The notes under the pieces are model-generated. The model was not told where the DNA came from, did no database searches, and saw only the letters and a list, made by a program, of their open reading frames with translations. A program made the translations under genes and the position numbers. DNA of 64,000 nucleotides from Octopus bimaculoides. Its lineage: Eukaryota. Positions 24,351 through 38,413 of this stretch are shown here, one piece after another. Position 1 is the stretch's first letter. Each line of letters begins with the position of its first letter. The stretch covers positions 47,312,885 to 47,376,884 of the forward strand of contig NC_068985.1 of assembly GCF_001194135.2 (NCBI RefSeq). The letters run 5' to 3'.

Positions 24351-27300
24351 CGGATTCTCAGACGCAGCGATGTGAAATACCGAAGTGAAGTACTTCTGGG
24401 CATATCTAAAACCGTAACTTTAAGTAAATCACTGGTAAAAACACTGACTCACATATGCTACTAGACCACTAAGTCGGAAGAAATTCAGCAGTATCAACAC
24501 CAAGCAAGATTTAGGCATGAGCGAATTTCAACTGAGTTTGTGACATATTTCAACTACTTAAGGCAAATTTGCTGCAGTTACGGAGGAGAAAAAACTATCT
24601 TGTGGTAACAGGCGTATAAGCATCATATCTGCCTTGTGTTGCCCCCTGGCGGATAGATCTTTAGCCGCTCTCAACGGGAAAAACCGAAGTCGGATAACTC
24701 TGGGTACACTAAAAGCCGTAATTACGCAGGCAATGTCAAGTGAAATGGGTTGGGGAGAACTACTATGCAGTACAAATATTTGATCACTGATAGATGAATC
24801 ATCCGTCAAGGTTATTCAGCAAGAAGTCACGGAGCACTAAACTCTCATTTATAGATATATATGCATACATACATCCATATACGTGTGTTTCACAGTGGTA
24901 ATGAGACCGCGAGAGATAGAGAGAGAGGGGGGGAAGAAGGGAGAGAGCGGGGGGAAAAAGAGGTGGGTGTTTGTGTATGTGTGTATCCTGTGAATCCACC
25001 GGGTACATGAAATCCTCTGAAACTGGATATTCCTCCGTTTATATTACATAATTTCAACCATATTTTCTAATTTTATTGTCTGAGTATATTTTACTACTTG
25101 GCTGTATTTCAGAAATCTCCATTTAAATATTTTAATTAGTTAATTGTCTTCATGGAAACTCATTTCTTTTCTGTCCACCTGATGACTATCTGGTATTTTA
25201 CTGCACATTTTACTCAGCCTATATTTGTAAAAAGAAAATTTTCTTCGGGTTTAGTTTTTTAATCTCACGTATACAGCAGCCTCACACCAGATAAGATATC
25301 GCTTACAAATGCATTTCCGGAACTGACAGATTTTGCTTCTAGCTTACTCTATAAGTTCGTTCTTTTTCCCCCCCTTTTGTCTGATTCTCTGTTTGTCTGT
25401 CTGTCTGTCTGTCTGTCCTCCACCTATCTCCCTCTATTGTCTTCTTACTGTCGTCACAATGCTGGTCTTCAGGCTTCTGTTTTTTTCTTTCTTAATTATC
25501 AATTATATTCTGGCTCTTCTGCGCCAGTCACTCAAAGACAGTTATATTGCATACGCACATCTACATGCATAAAAAGATTCATACGTGCATATAGGCCCTT
25601 ATAATAATTCATCCACACATTCATACTAACACACAATAACTTGTATACATACATACATACATACATACATACATAAATACATACATGTGTAAGTATGATT
25701 TCTATCAAATTTGCCTAGTATACAGCTCTAATTCTATATACACGCATGCAAAAATACACAAGGTACTCCAAAGTAATGAACCACTTGCTTGTTTACTTGT
25801 TCGGCACCAATAACAACATTGCTTGGTTACAGACAGATTAGCTGAGGACTGTCATATATTCTTAATCAGAAGGACTGTAGACTGAGTCGCCTATTTACAA
25901 ACATCTGAAGTGTGGACAATGTCAATGAAAAGGTAATTGCTTTTCAAAGATTCAACACTCCAGTGATGAAATGCTAAGAATTACTAACGCTTCAGCTGTT
26001 GTAATCTGAAACCTCGATAGTGTGGTTTTATTAATTAATCACTGTAGTGACAATGTATGTTCTATTCGTTTTGGCAGGATATTGACGTATGTTTAAGTCG
26101 GTGAGTGAGGGCCTATATCTGGTATTTGAAATTCTGCGAAAGTAGCATTGTACTGCGTAGTGCTAGGTCTGAGAATGTATAGGGATGTTTCTTGAATTAG
26201 AAAAATGTGTATCATGTGGACTTATGTGTAGTAGAGGCATTGCAGTGATGCAGGGGATGCAGAAGGGAAATAACAAAACATTGAGACCATTTGTGTAGCT
26301 GCTGGTTGCAGTGTCTTTGTGAAAATGTATGAGTAACTACAGTACTTTCCCATATACAAGGGCATCTCACCTAAGTGCATGACATTTTTCAATGCAGGGT
26401 GTCAACAAACAAAACGGGTTAAATATATGTTCTTTTGCATCAAATAAGAGTCTTTGTCTTTCGGAGGCAGGTTTTTCTTCAGTGTTAGATTTTTCAGTTT
26501 GGCACGAGATATTATGAGATAAACTAGTGACTAGCATTTCTATCAACTTTCAGGGATATCTTTGCGTGTCATTCGCTGATGAGTGCAGCGATTATACCTT
26601 TGTATAAGAGATCGTGGAAGGTTGATTTAGTAGGGAAATTTCCTGCGTTGTTGGCTATTGTTATTTCTTTAGAGAGAGACACTATAGAGGCTTTGGTAAT
26701 GGGGCCACAAAACAGCGAAACAACTGAGACATGTGAAGCGTGGGAATGCCACCCGTCTGTCAAGAGTTAAGATTAACACTAGAACGAAAACAGCAGGATG
26801 CGGTTTGATCTCTCACGCACAAGTTTGAAGGGTCTGCAAAAGGTCACGTGTGCTGCTCTCTCTTCTCTCACCAAAGTGTACAAATAAAAAAAATCCACCA
26901 ACTTTTGATATGACTATCGCTTTTCGAAAAGTAAGCCAAGGATTATTTGCTGAAGTGAAAAATCAATAGAAATATAGATTTAACAAGCAGTAAATTGCCA
27001 AATATATAAACTAAATAAAAGAAAGAATATTACGAATATTAAAGATAACTCAATAAATGTGTACATAAATAAGAGAAAAAAAATCCGCCATGTTGTGCAA
27101 CTGTTGTTGTTAGTAGAAATGTTAGTAGAAATAATTAGATAGTTGTTTATGTGACATGAGAGTTCCATTCACGACGTCAAGCGTAGATGGAGCATAGTGT
27201 AATATTTCAATGCGAATAAATGGCTGCCGTATAGCATTGCTCGCTGAGGCTTCTCCGTTACAGGCGGCAAACGTTGCAAAATGTATGTGCGTGTGTGTGT

Positions 27301-27469
27301 ACATGCACATACACACACATGCATGCACACATGCTTGTATGTATATATATATATATATATATCACACACTCGCTCTCTGTCTCTTACTCTCTCTCTCTAT
27401 GTATATATATATATATATGTATATATATGCATATACATACATACGTACACGCACACACATATATATACA

Positions 27470-27521
<52 letters not shown>

Positions 27522-27959
27522 CTGACATTATAGGAAGAGTTATTGCCGTTATTATTGAAACTGTTGTTTAATGGTAGGGCTGTATTAGTATCAACCGAAT
27601 TAAGAATAGTTTATCCCGATTCAGCTAAATGGGGAAATTCAAAACCTTGCTATAATATCCTCTTCTCTTATTTTTGTTTTCTTTCTTTTTTGTATATATT
27701 GTTTATTTCTTTTATTTTTTTTATTCATCACTTTTTTGTTATTCATCTCTTTTTTTTCTTCTCATCATCAAAACAAGCGCTGCATCACAATAACCAACAC
27801 CGACAATTTCGAACTCTACAACATCTTCACTACTGCAAATGCCATCAACACCATGAAACCATTTAAGTTAGCATTACTACGATCACTACCACTACTACGA
27901 CTACTTATACAAACAATATAATAATACTTATGCAAACATCCCTGCCGACACTGTTACCA

Positions 27960-28860
27960 CGACGAGACGAAGTGACAACCACTGTCACTGTTAACATTGT
28001 CAACTTCATTATCGCCATCACTACTACCACCACCACCGACGCCATCACAGCCACCACCCCCACCGCCGCCACCACCACTGCCGCCACCACCACCACCACT
28101 GCCANNNNNNNNNNNNNNNNNNNNNNNNNNNNNNNNNNNNNNNNNNNNNNNNNNNNNNNNNNNNNNNNNNNNNNNNNNNNNNNNNNNNNNNNNNNNNNNG
28201 CCGCCACCACCACCACCAAGGCCGCCGCCAAGGCTGTCGGTGTCGCCATTACTACCATTAGCTCCACCATCATCCACCGTCAACACCGCTATGAAAATCA
28301 TACCTGTTAGCTGCTACACAATTACCCACAAGAGCCACTACTACCACCACCAGCGGCGTCGCGTCCACCAGCATCAGCTACGGGTACCGGTCCCACTTAC
28401 AGTACTGACGTCACCTACGGTACCACCGCCACGAGCGCCTCCAGTGATACTGCCGCCACGAGCGCCTCCAGTGATACTGCCGCCACGAGCGCCTCCAGTG
28501 GTACTGCCGCCACCGTCACCAGCGTCACTTCTGCCACTATCGGCACGTCTGCCACCAGGGCTACCGATATTTCACCAGCGGAATCACTGCTCTCGTTGCT
28601 TCCACTACGTCCACCGACCCCAATGCCGCCAGCATCAACACTGCCCTCATGAGCACCACCACCACCACGACAATATCTTCTACTAATGCTTTGAACAATA
28701 TTGCCAAGTCTATCACTGCTAATATTATCACTATCATCATCGTCATAATTACTAGCATTAACATCATTATCCACACTATTGTTAATATCATCACGATTAA
28801 CATCAACAGAAACTTTTCCACTGTCACCATTAGCAACACAACAACAACAACAACAACAAT

Positions 28861-28917
<57 letters not shown>

Positions 28918-28932
28918 CACCACCACCACCAT

Positions 28933-28975
<43 letters not shown>

Positions 28976-28976
28976 G
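27960..28976. repeat. GC-rich ACC/GCC/ACT low-complexity region with a 27-bp minisatellite
   Basis: Degenerate ACC/GCC triplets; CCGCCACGAGCGCCTCCAGTGATACTG x3 at 28426-28506; pure ACT/ACC runs at 28860-28976. Confidence 0.85.
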
Positions 28977-29762
28977 TCAACCATAAATCGATGCGATGTG
29001 TAAATCGCTCAAATTGATGCAACTTAAGCATAGCTGAAAAAGCGCACGTTCTTTTTAAATTCACGGATTTCATCAATCTATTTAGTTCCAGATCCGAAAT
29101 TTTCAGCAAATGCAAACACATGGGCAAACCTCTTTTGTCTATCTGGAGGTCACTATACCTTGGACTGAATTGCTGTCTTGCAGACTTTGGAATCCTCACC
29201 TTTGAATTATTCCACACCAACAATATTAATTACAATTTCTACAGCCAAATGGCACGCAACTCTTCGTTTATTTTCTTTCCTTTCTTTTTCCGTGTTTATT
29301 CAACATTTGTCTTCGCATTCCGCTTTTTGAATCAACCATCTCATTTTTTTCCCATAGATTCTCATGTACCTGCGTCCTACAAGATTCCTGTGAGACACAA
29401 CGCACGTTATAGTAAATGTGTGTCCATAGCAAGAATTTATTACAATCTCTCACTGTAATACTGAGTACTCAAATAATATATATGCATATGTAAATATATA
29501 TATATATATATATATATANNNNNNNNNNNNNNNNNNNNNNNNNNNNNNNNNNNNNNNNNNNNNNNNNNNNNNNNNNNNNNNNNNNNNNNNNNNNNNNNNN
29601 NNNNNNNNNNNNNNNNNNNNNNNNNNNNNNNNNNNNNNNNNNNNNNNNNNNNNNNNNNNNNNNNNNNAACAGTTTTCTTTCATAACATCGGAGTACCTAA
29701 GGCAAATCTCACAAAACCGTAAGAAATATAGATGCGTGAACAAATTTCCACAAAAATACAGT

Positions 29763-29926
29763 GGAATGGCTGTGTGGTAAGTAGCTTGCTTACTAACCAC
29801 ATGGGTCCGGGTTCAGTCCCACTGCGTGGCACCTTGGGCAAGTGTCTTCTACTAGAGCCTCGGGCCGACTAAAAGCCTTGTGAGTAGATTTGGTAGACGG
29901 AAACTGAAAGAAGCCCGTAGTCTATA

Positions 29927-29973
<47 letters not shown>

Positions 29974-30195
29974 GTATATCTGTGTATATGTTTGTGTATC
30001 TGTGTTGTCCCCCCACCACATTACTTGACAACCAATGCTGGTGTATTTACGTCCCCGTAACTTAGCTGTTCGGCAAAAGAGACAGATAGAATAAGTACTA
30101 GGCTTACAGAGGATAAGTCCTGGGGTCGAGTTGCTCGACTAAAGCCGGTACTCTAGCATGGTCGCAGTCAAATGACTGAAACAAGTAAAAGAGTA
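29763..30195 (+). mobile_element. tRNA-derived SINE (family 4) with internal TA/TG microsatellite
   Basis: ATGGCTGTGTGGTAAG...CCGGGTTCAGTCCC head, central (TG/TA)n, tail AGCATGGTCGCAGTCAAATGACTGAAACAAGTAAAAGAGTAAAA. Confidence 0.8.
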
Positions 30196-31826
30196 AAATA
30201 GTAAACAAATCCATATTAACATATTAAAAAAATGTACATGAATATACAAGGAAAATTTATGTTATTTTTCTATTCTCTCTATTCCAAATGAGGAGGACTT
30301 TAAGTCTGTTATGTTTTCTTTGATGAAGGAACTGTTTATGTCGGAGAGGGACAGGAATACTGTATCCATCCCCAGTAACATTTTCCCGAAACGATTATAG
30401 GATGAGTATTAGACTTTATCTCTGCCATTGAATAGTTTTAATATCCACTAATGAATTATATATATTGTCATATATTGTCCATGTATCTATAACTTCCTTG
30501 TTTCTAACACGGATGTAACGAGTTCAGGCACTAGCAATACCATTTTATATTTTCCTGATATATTCATGTACATTTTTATATGTTCATATTTATTTGCATG
30601 CATAATGTTTTGTAATTTTGTGTAATTTTGTACATGCATATTTTTTTCTTTTTTTGTATGGGATCAATCTTCGTACCTCTGCAATTTTTTCCTTACTGTC
30701 TGTGATCGTTTTCCAGCCACTTTACAGTCTGTATCTCCTACTCTCATAGCAATGGGGTGTTTTGCTAGTGCTCATGGTCTCTGGCGGTTCCTAAGTTGGA
30801 GGAGGACATCTTTAAGCTTTCGGTTGTTGTCAGTACTTGATGCAAATAGCCTTGTGAACATGATGTTTTTGTTTGATTGCAGCTTTGCCCATGTTTGGAA
30901 ATGCAACCTGAAAACAACTGTAGCAACAAGTAAATCTTTCATCTCTGGGGCCTACTGTTGTTGGTTCTGCTACCTGTGTTTATGCCTGTTGTCTGCTGCC
31001 CTCTTATCTTACCTTCTGATTACAAGTTGCTCAAATAGCCTTTATTACCCCAAGAGTAGCAAAGGTGATTTCTATACTCTATCACTCCTTTTGACCTTAT
31101 CTCTGGTCTAAAATGCGGTACCTCTACAGGAGAGCCTTAAAGTAATCGAGTTTAGTTGGACGTGGTTGTTCCTTCTGAATCCCCTCATAGCTACATTATA
31201 CAGGTCACCCTCGCGTTCATTCATGCCTGAATGCAAAAGTAATACAAGCCAAGGGCAGATCTTAGTGCTAACATTTATGCTTATGATCCTTATATTAATG
31301 AGACCCATACAACGTGCGTCACACAAGCTCTATTTCGTCTTCTAATCCTTAGGTTCAAAGTTCCAGTACACTACTCTGTTTGTTCTTTCCTTGTCTAAGT
31401 TGCACACATCCTATCACAAATCGATTACAGTTTCTTCTAACTCTTCCTCGAGAGCATATAGCAACCGCCACCACACTTTTGACAAAAAAAGTGACTTATG
31501 AAATTCTTCCCATGCTCTTTGATAAAGAATATTGCATCTTTTGTCACTTACCTCATATATTTCCACTCTTTTTTCAAGCCAGGTCACATGTCTTGACTCA
31601 TACCACTTATGAAAACGGAATGGTATTCCTCTCGGCGTTGTTTTTGCTCCTCCTACAGTTTATTTTTCCAATCAAATTAATGTAGCGGACATTATAGTTT
31701 TCTGTCTTCCATTGTACTACTGTGCGTGTTTAAGCTTGAAGCTTGATTCATTGTATGTTCTTTTCTCAATACCATATTTTGTCATCATACAAATATTATT
31801 GAGCAGTGTTTACTCAAGTTAATGAA

Positions 31827-31873
<47 letters not shown>

Positions 31874-31924
31874 CGCTACTACTGCTACTACTACTGCTGC
31901 TGCTGCTGCCGTTGTTGTTGTTGT

Positions 31925-31955
<31 letters not shown>

Positions 31956-31963
31956 ACTACTAC
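31827..31963. repeat. compound (ACT)/(GCT)/(GTT) microsatellite
   Basis: Triplet runs. Confidence 0.95.
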
Positions 31964-32899
31964 TGTGAAGAAGACATCATCCTGCTACTTCTGTGACCAC
32001 TATGAACAACGTATAAGTATACAAATCACTATTTGCCAGTAATATACAGGCAGCGCAAATATTTAAAAAGAAACACTTCCTCTACCTCACAGTAATCGAA
32101 CGGACTGTGAACCATTCGCAAACCTTCATTCGGAAACTTTGTCACAAAAGATTCCTCGTTCATAAAGCAATCCTTTATAAAAAGATAAAAATTCATTTTC
32201 AGAAACCCTCCCAGAGACATTCACTTATAACGAAAAAAGACAGGAGCTTTTGTAAAACGAAACAATAAATAAACGACAGCATAAACACATGACTGCCTAT
32301 GAGATAAAGTAGTGAAACAGAAGCGTATATGCACACAGGTGTATATATTGTCTGGTTTCGCACACTGTCACACTTGTATTCACGCAAAAGAAAGCGTTCA
32401 AACATAGGGACGCACACATATAGTTACATGCTCTTACATATACACAGATGCAAGAAAAATGAAAACGTGTACACACACATAGGCGTACATACATTCTTTG
32501 CATATCGAGCAAATGACGACACAAATTGAAGAGAGAAAGATAACAAATACAAAAGAAATGAAATATTTTGTTATATTTCAAAAGGAAAAAGGAAAAGAAA
32601 GCAAATTTTGAAAAGAACAAGCACAACAATACCAGTAGCGTCAACAACAGCTGAAATAATAAAAAAAAAGAAAAAAAACATAGAACATAAAAAAAAATTC
32701 AAGATAAAATCTGAAAAAAAAAAAATGAAGAATCGATTTTTAACCACATGGAAACTGGAAGTTAATAATAAAAATGTTGATTGATGTTTGACGACAGGAA
32801 GTGAAATATCCAATATTGTTATATTGATGTTGTTATTCGTGCCATTGTTAATATTATTAATACAACAATAGCAATAATAAAAATATATATAACAATGAA

Positions 32900-33460
32900 A
32901 AATATTAACATAATGTTGAAGAATGAGGAAAAGACCATTAGAATAAAACCTGTAACCATAAGAAAAGAAATTTTCCATGGAGATTCGTTGCCCACGCTAC
33001 TTTTCGACGTTGCTCTGACCCAACTAATTTTCTTACATTTATGGGCTACAGATTCTGCGGGCAAATTATAAATCGTCTATACCTGGGTAACTTTAAAATC
33101 TTTACGAGAAATAATTTGAAATCCTACTAAAACTTGTGCATTATCCCATACATCATAGGATTAATTTGGGATGAGACAAGAGTTTCAAAATGACTTTGAA
33201 CAAAAGCAAATTAACCGGCATTGAGAATTTATCACTACATAAACACAGAAAGTAAAAAGATTAGATTATAATCAGCCATACAAATGTTTAGCAATATAAG
33301 AAACAACCAATACACAATACGTAGAAATGAAAATTAAGAATACTACAGGTTACTTACTCATCCTGCGAAGAAGAAGCTCTCTCAAATGAGGTATAACTCT
33401 TTTAATATGTAGAACCAAAAAACATTCCGATTTCAATGAAATAAAATCCACAATCATTCG
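32900..33460 (+). pseudogene. decayed R4/Dong-type LINE RT core fragment
   Basis: IRKEIFHGDSLPTLLFDVAL resembles the GIFQGDSLSPLLF motif; downstream remnants resemble the YMDDLK and YKYLGI motifs. Confidence 0.5.
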
Positions 33461-33724
33461 CAAGACTTAAATATTCGTAATAAAACTCTTATAAGAGGTT
33501 TAGGTAGTAGAAAAATTACAGAATAATTGTTCAAATTCTATCATTTGTTATATTTAGTGATTTTCTTATAATGAAATAAACAATGCTATTCTCGAGTTTT
33601 CAGCGTCCATGTCCCGGCGCATAGTTTCCGTACGCTCCATGTAGGTGTGCTTCTTTGCCTCCTCGATGAACGTGAATCCATGTTAGGTGAATTCATGCAG
33701 TTGACGAGCTGTGTCCAAAATTTC

Positions 33725-33878
33725 AAGGAAGTTAAATATATAAACTACAGAAAATAGTACTACTAAGCACTGCACACATCCTACGTAAAACACTTTCAAT
33801 TCAGTGAAAATAAGAGCACCACAGCACATACCCAAGGCACACAGAGCTGCGCTCGGTAGTGCAGTGAAAATAAGACTA

Positions 33879-33946
<68 letters not shown>
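33725..33946 (+). mobile_element. 3' end of R4/Dong-type LINE with (AAT)n tail
   Basis: LQKIVLLSTAHILRKTLSIQ* followed by CCACAGCACATACCCAAGGCACACAGAGCTGCGCTCGGTAGTG and (AAT)n; the same 3' UTR is at 59320-59463 (minus). Confidence 0.75.
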
Positions 33947-33949
<3 letters not shown>

Positions 33950-34849
33950 CACAAAAGGGAAAAATAAGAAGTAAAAGAAGCACCTTTTCTGCTTGATTTC
34001 AGTTATGCCATTTCTAAAAATATGTTTATTAATGTAGAAGTGGGTGGTGGCTATTAATTGTTGGCCTAGTGGTGCCATTGTTAGATGTTGATAGATATCC
34101 CTTCCTAAGAACTGGGTGTATAGCAGTCATAGAAAACGAGAGACGAGAAGAAATAGAGGAAAGAGCGAAAGAGACAGGCAGGCATGCAGCGAGCGGGATA
34201 GAAAGACATGAATATTATTAATATATAAATAGATTCAGAAGTTCTAAGGAAAAGAATTAACAATAGATATTAAGAGGAGTCTAAAATTTGAAACTTGTTT
34301 GTTCGTTTCGTTGTTATAGTATTGGTCGAAATGGTTAACAAAGTCAACACAGGATTGAAATATGAGACAGAAATTGCAGAATGTGTTGATGTTTCCTAGC
34401 TTCAGTCTTTGAAAATGGTGGCAGATTTGTTATAGAAGCGAGCTACGATGAAAGACTGGTTAACTTATTTCGTTTAATCATTTCTATTTGTCGTCCTGAT
34501 AGATATATGGAATGAGTATATGCTGTATTGCGTCGTTGCTATGTTTACAGTATTTCATTAAGTGTTTTGCAGCAGTATACATGCTATTTGAGGTACTTAA
34601 CTGCTTCACAGCAAACGATAACCAAAAAGAAAGGACTAACGTGATTCGTTTACACGGATAACGAAATAAATACATCATTGCTGTGTTTACAGCATTTAAT
34701 GGATCTATTTTGTAGTAGTATACATTCTCATGGTAGTGTTCAGTAGTCTCCTAAGTTTGTTAAAGTTTGTGCTGCACTTAACAAATTTCGTAGCTGTGTA
34801 GCTTAAGATTTCAACTGTTCATCTTTTGTAGCTGTTTTCCACAGTGGAG

Positions 34850-35420
34850 AATGATCTGAAAATTGATTTACGAATTTTTTGTGAATTTTAGAATTTACTA
34901 GCATACAAATATATCAAGAGTTGCTTCAAAGTCTAAGTCTTCTTAGTGATGAAAGAGAGCAGATGTTTGCATGTTCCAGGAGCCAGAAGAGATTATATAC
35001 TAAAAAAATCGCAGATTTCGAATTTTTATGATGATATATTTCTAGGCAACCTGAGGTGGGTTCTTGTGATAAAAAAGAAATGTCTGCGCGTTCGGGTAGT
35101 AAAACAAAATTATATAATTACAGAAGATTGCATAATTTGAAGTTTAAAATTTATTTTTAAAGAACATTTCAGTAAACAAAAACATGGCAGTCCACGTGAA
35201 ATCCACGCCGACTTCATTGTGGCAAGATGTTTCAATGATTTCCTCTGGTTTCTCAACTCAGTCTTCTAAAATTTTTACATTTGTTTTGTGGCCCTGAGAG
35301 AGCACCTACGGAAATACCCAACTTCATGTTTTGAGCACAGAATGGCCTTATACGCCTTTTCAAAAATTCTGCTTCATAATAGTTAGTCTGATTTCCTGAC
35401 ATGAAGAAATGTTTCTAATC
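34850..35420 (+). pseudogene. possible highly decayed mariner-type transposase remnant
   Basis: Fragments reading FLHLF...ALREHLR resemble the mariner DFHLFGPLKEHL region; multiple stops; no TIRs found. Confidence 0.25.
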
Positions 35421-36608
35421 GATAGGAGTTGTAGGCAGAGGAGAAACTATCTCTCAATTCTCTTTCTACTCTGTCTTTAAGCAAATCCACCAGCTAGAGA
35501 GGAACGTAACTTAATTACTGCTGAAGATAATTCTAAAGCGTCAGCTCTCTTTCTTTCCAAAAGTGGCAACCCAAACAGTAACAATGATGACAACAATAGC
35601 AATCACATAAAAACGGCAGAATAAACCAAACTCAGCCATCCCTACCACCACTACCGCCGCTGTTGCTGCCGCCACCACCACCAACATCAACAACAACAAC
35701 AACGATGAGAAAAACAATACGATATTGTAAACATCAAGAAAAACAGTAGTAGTAACAACTGCATCATCAAATGATAGGTTACTAGAACCAGAAAATCAGT
35801 CCTGTTGTTTACTTGTGTAATGCGAACGTGGCTTCCTTTATCCTGGAACACGACACGAAGCTGATTCTGAGGCACCGGTATTGCTTAACTAGGCCGGACC
35901 TAATCGAGCTTCCGAAAAAGAAAAAGAAAAAGAAAAAGAACTGTTACCTATAAATGCACTAACAAGAAAACAGAAGGGTTGATAACCTAACAGCAGCACA
36001 AAAGGAGAGGTACTTGAATAGTGTACCACCTGAAATAAGCTTTAACTACTAGGTGAAATTGTTAGTATGAAAAGATCTCCTCCTCCACAAGATTGTCTGA
36101 AATAAAAGTGGAGGTGTAAGAATAGAAAAGCAATGAAAATAAACAAAATCTTACAAATGATCTCTGAACTAATTTACTCGAACGATGTGGACCTCATAAG
36201 GTATGGGATAGAAAACGGGGGTGGGGTAGCTGTTATTATTGAAGAAGTAACAATCTCCAGAAGGCTCTCTAGCAGAAAGACTAATATCCCCCACAGATTT
36301 AACATCAACAACTTCAAAACCAGCATCATAAACGAAAGAAAACCAAGATCGCAAAGGCATACATACGCCAAACCAGATTTCATCGCCCCCAACTCTCTGA
36401 TAAATGAACAAAAGAAAAATGAAGAACTTAGGGAGTGACAAGTTATCACTAGAAAGATCAAGCACAAAGAGTAAAAGCCATAAACTCAAACATAAAATCT
36501 TCAAACGTAAGTGAATCAAAAAGAATACCCAAAATTTTCGTCCACCAACAGATGCACTGATGCACCAGCAAGAACACCTAATGTAATTTGAAATTCACAA
36601 CAGTGGCA

Positions 36609-36651
<43 letters not shown>

Positions 36652-37454
36652 GTATTATTTTATTGTTTTTATTAATTTCTTTCCTTTTGGGACTCATTTT
36701 CTATAATCGCCCCCCCCCCCACGAGTCACGAATTGATGTAATGCATAAGTCAGGTTATCAGTTACTGCTCGGTACCTTAATAGGAAATGCTACTTTCATT
36801 GTACCTTCAGCAATACAATACATCACAAAAAAAGAACATAATTTACAGAAAAAAAAAATCTTTGTGTCTACGTTGTATTGGAGTCTAAATTTTAAAATAC
36901 TTTAAAATGTAAAATTCAAAATATTTAAAACTGAAAGCATAAAAAGGTCTAAAAATATTGATTATTTTAAAGTGTTTATTTACGTAAAACACGTAAACAT
37001 AGAGTTGTAGGAATAACATTTAAAAGAAGTCAGAAAATCACGCCAAATATTTGGAGTACTCTTAATTTACAGTCATGCTTCATTCCTATTTCATTTCAGA
37101 GGGGTATGTAATTCAGTACTATTTTTTGATTACTTTGGAGAGACGATTCAACTGGAATCTTGTTCAGGCGCTTCTAACATCCTTATTACATTTTTTCTAA
37201 CGTACCTAAATATGTATGATAACTGGGACCATTTAAGGCGTAGCACTTATGTCAGTTTTTATCTCTAGAGCTTTATTTTAAATTCTTCAAATGTTGTCAT
37301 CGATTTCATTTTATCGGTTGTATAAAATTAAAAGTTAAAAGTTGTACATTTGTTAACCTATGATATCTGGTTCAATTGGTTCTTTTGTTCTATCAGCACT
37401 GGTCATGAGTGTTGCTCATATAATTTAATGAAGCGATTGTTTTGGTAGTATTTG

Positions 37455-37635
37455 CATATCTTTTATCTTTCACTTGTCTCAGTCATGAGACTGTGGCAAT
37501 GGAGGGGCATTGCCTTGAAGAATGAATTGCTTCCAGTACTATTTTTAAAAGCCCAGTACTTATCCTACAGAACCGCAGGATACGGGGATGTAAACACACC
37601 AACACCGGATGTCAAGCGGTGGTGGTGGTCAAACA

Positions 37636-37640
<5 letters not shown>
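37455..37640 (-). mobile_element. SINE 3' fragment
   Basis: CTTTTATCTTTCACTTGTCTCAGTCATGAGACTGTGGCAATG is the reverse complement of the family-4-type tail. Confidence 0.55.
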
Positions 37641-37672
<32 letters not shown>

Positions 37673-37803
37673 GGTCTTCATTATTTTTAAGAGGTCCTGG
37701 GCCAACAGCTTTTGGGATTTTACGATACGCCATTAAGCTAAACCCTTTATGGACCGGAAGTCTAAGGTAATCCCGTAAACCGGTCTTCCCACTTATATAT
37801 ATG

Positions 37804-37843
<40 letters not shown>

Positions 37844-37959
37844 CACACACATGCTGTGGCTGCTCCAAGGCTATAGTCGAAGACACCATTCTAAGGTGCC
37901 ACTATTTATGAACTCTGACTTGATGAATCATATCCTCTTTTGTTCTCTGCACAGGACAT

Positions 37960-38325
37960 CTTGATACGAGATGGTCTATCATTTCCTTTTATTGGTGCAG
38001 AAACTGCAAGTTCGGTTTGCACCATACTTTAAAACACCAATGTCATGGTTTGTAGTAAACAGAATTAGTATGGATGTGAAGATATTGTTGTTGCTTCTGT
38101 CAGTCAAGTAGATATTCGCTCTGGGTTCTGGATGACATCGGTTAGAAATGCAGCGAAATTTTCGTGTACTTCTGACAAACAATTCAGCCAGAAGTTAAGA
38201 ATCCGGTCCAGTCCTGTGAGACTTTCTAAGAACACATCCTAGCTCTTCTATTTCTATTGCCTCCAATTTCTGCTCTTCAACTTAACCCAGTCCCACTTTC
38301 TTACACACTTTCTCAGCTTCAGCAT

Positions 38326-38413
<88 letters not shown>

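Noticed and set aside
24540-24790. Open GC-richer segments as exons (also 26554-26696 and 45495-45557)
   Set aside because: Splice signals are weak or the peptides are unrecognisable; not enough evidence.
27930-29017. Mucin-like Thr/Ala/Ser/Pro-rich ORFs
   Set aside because: Explained by degenerate ACC/GCC/ACT triplet repeats; several frames on both strands are open, with no splice or domain evidence.
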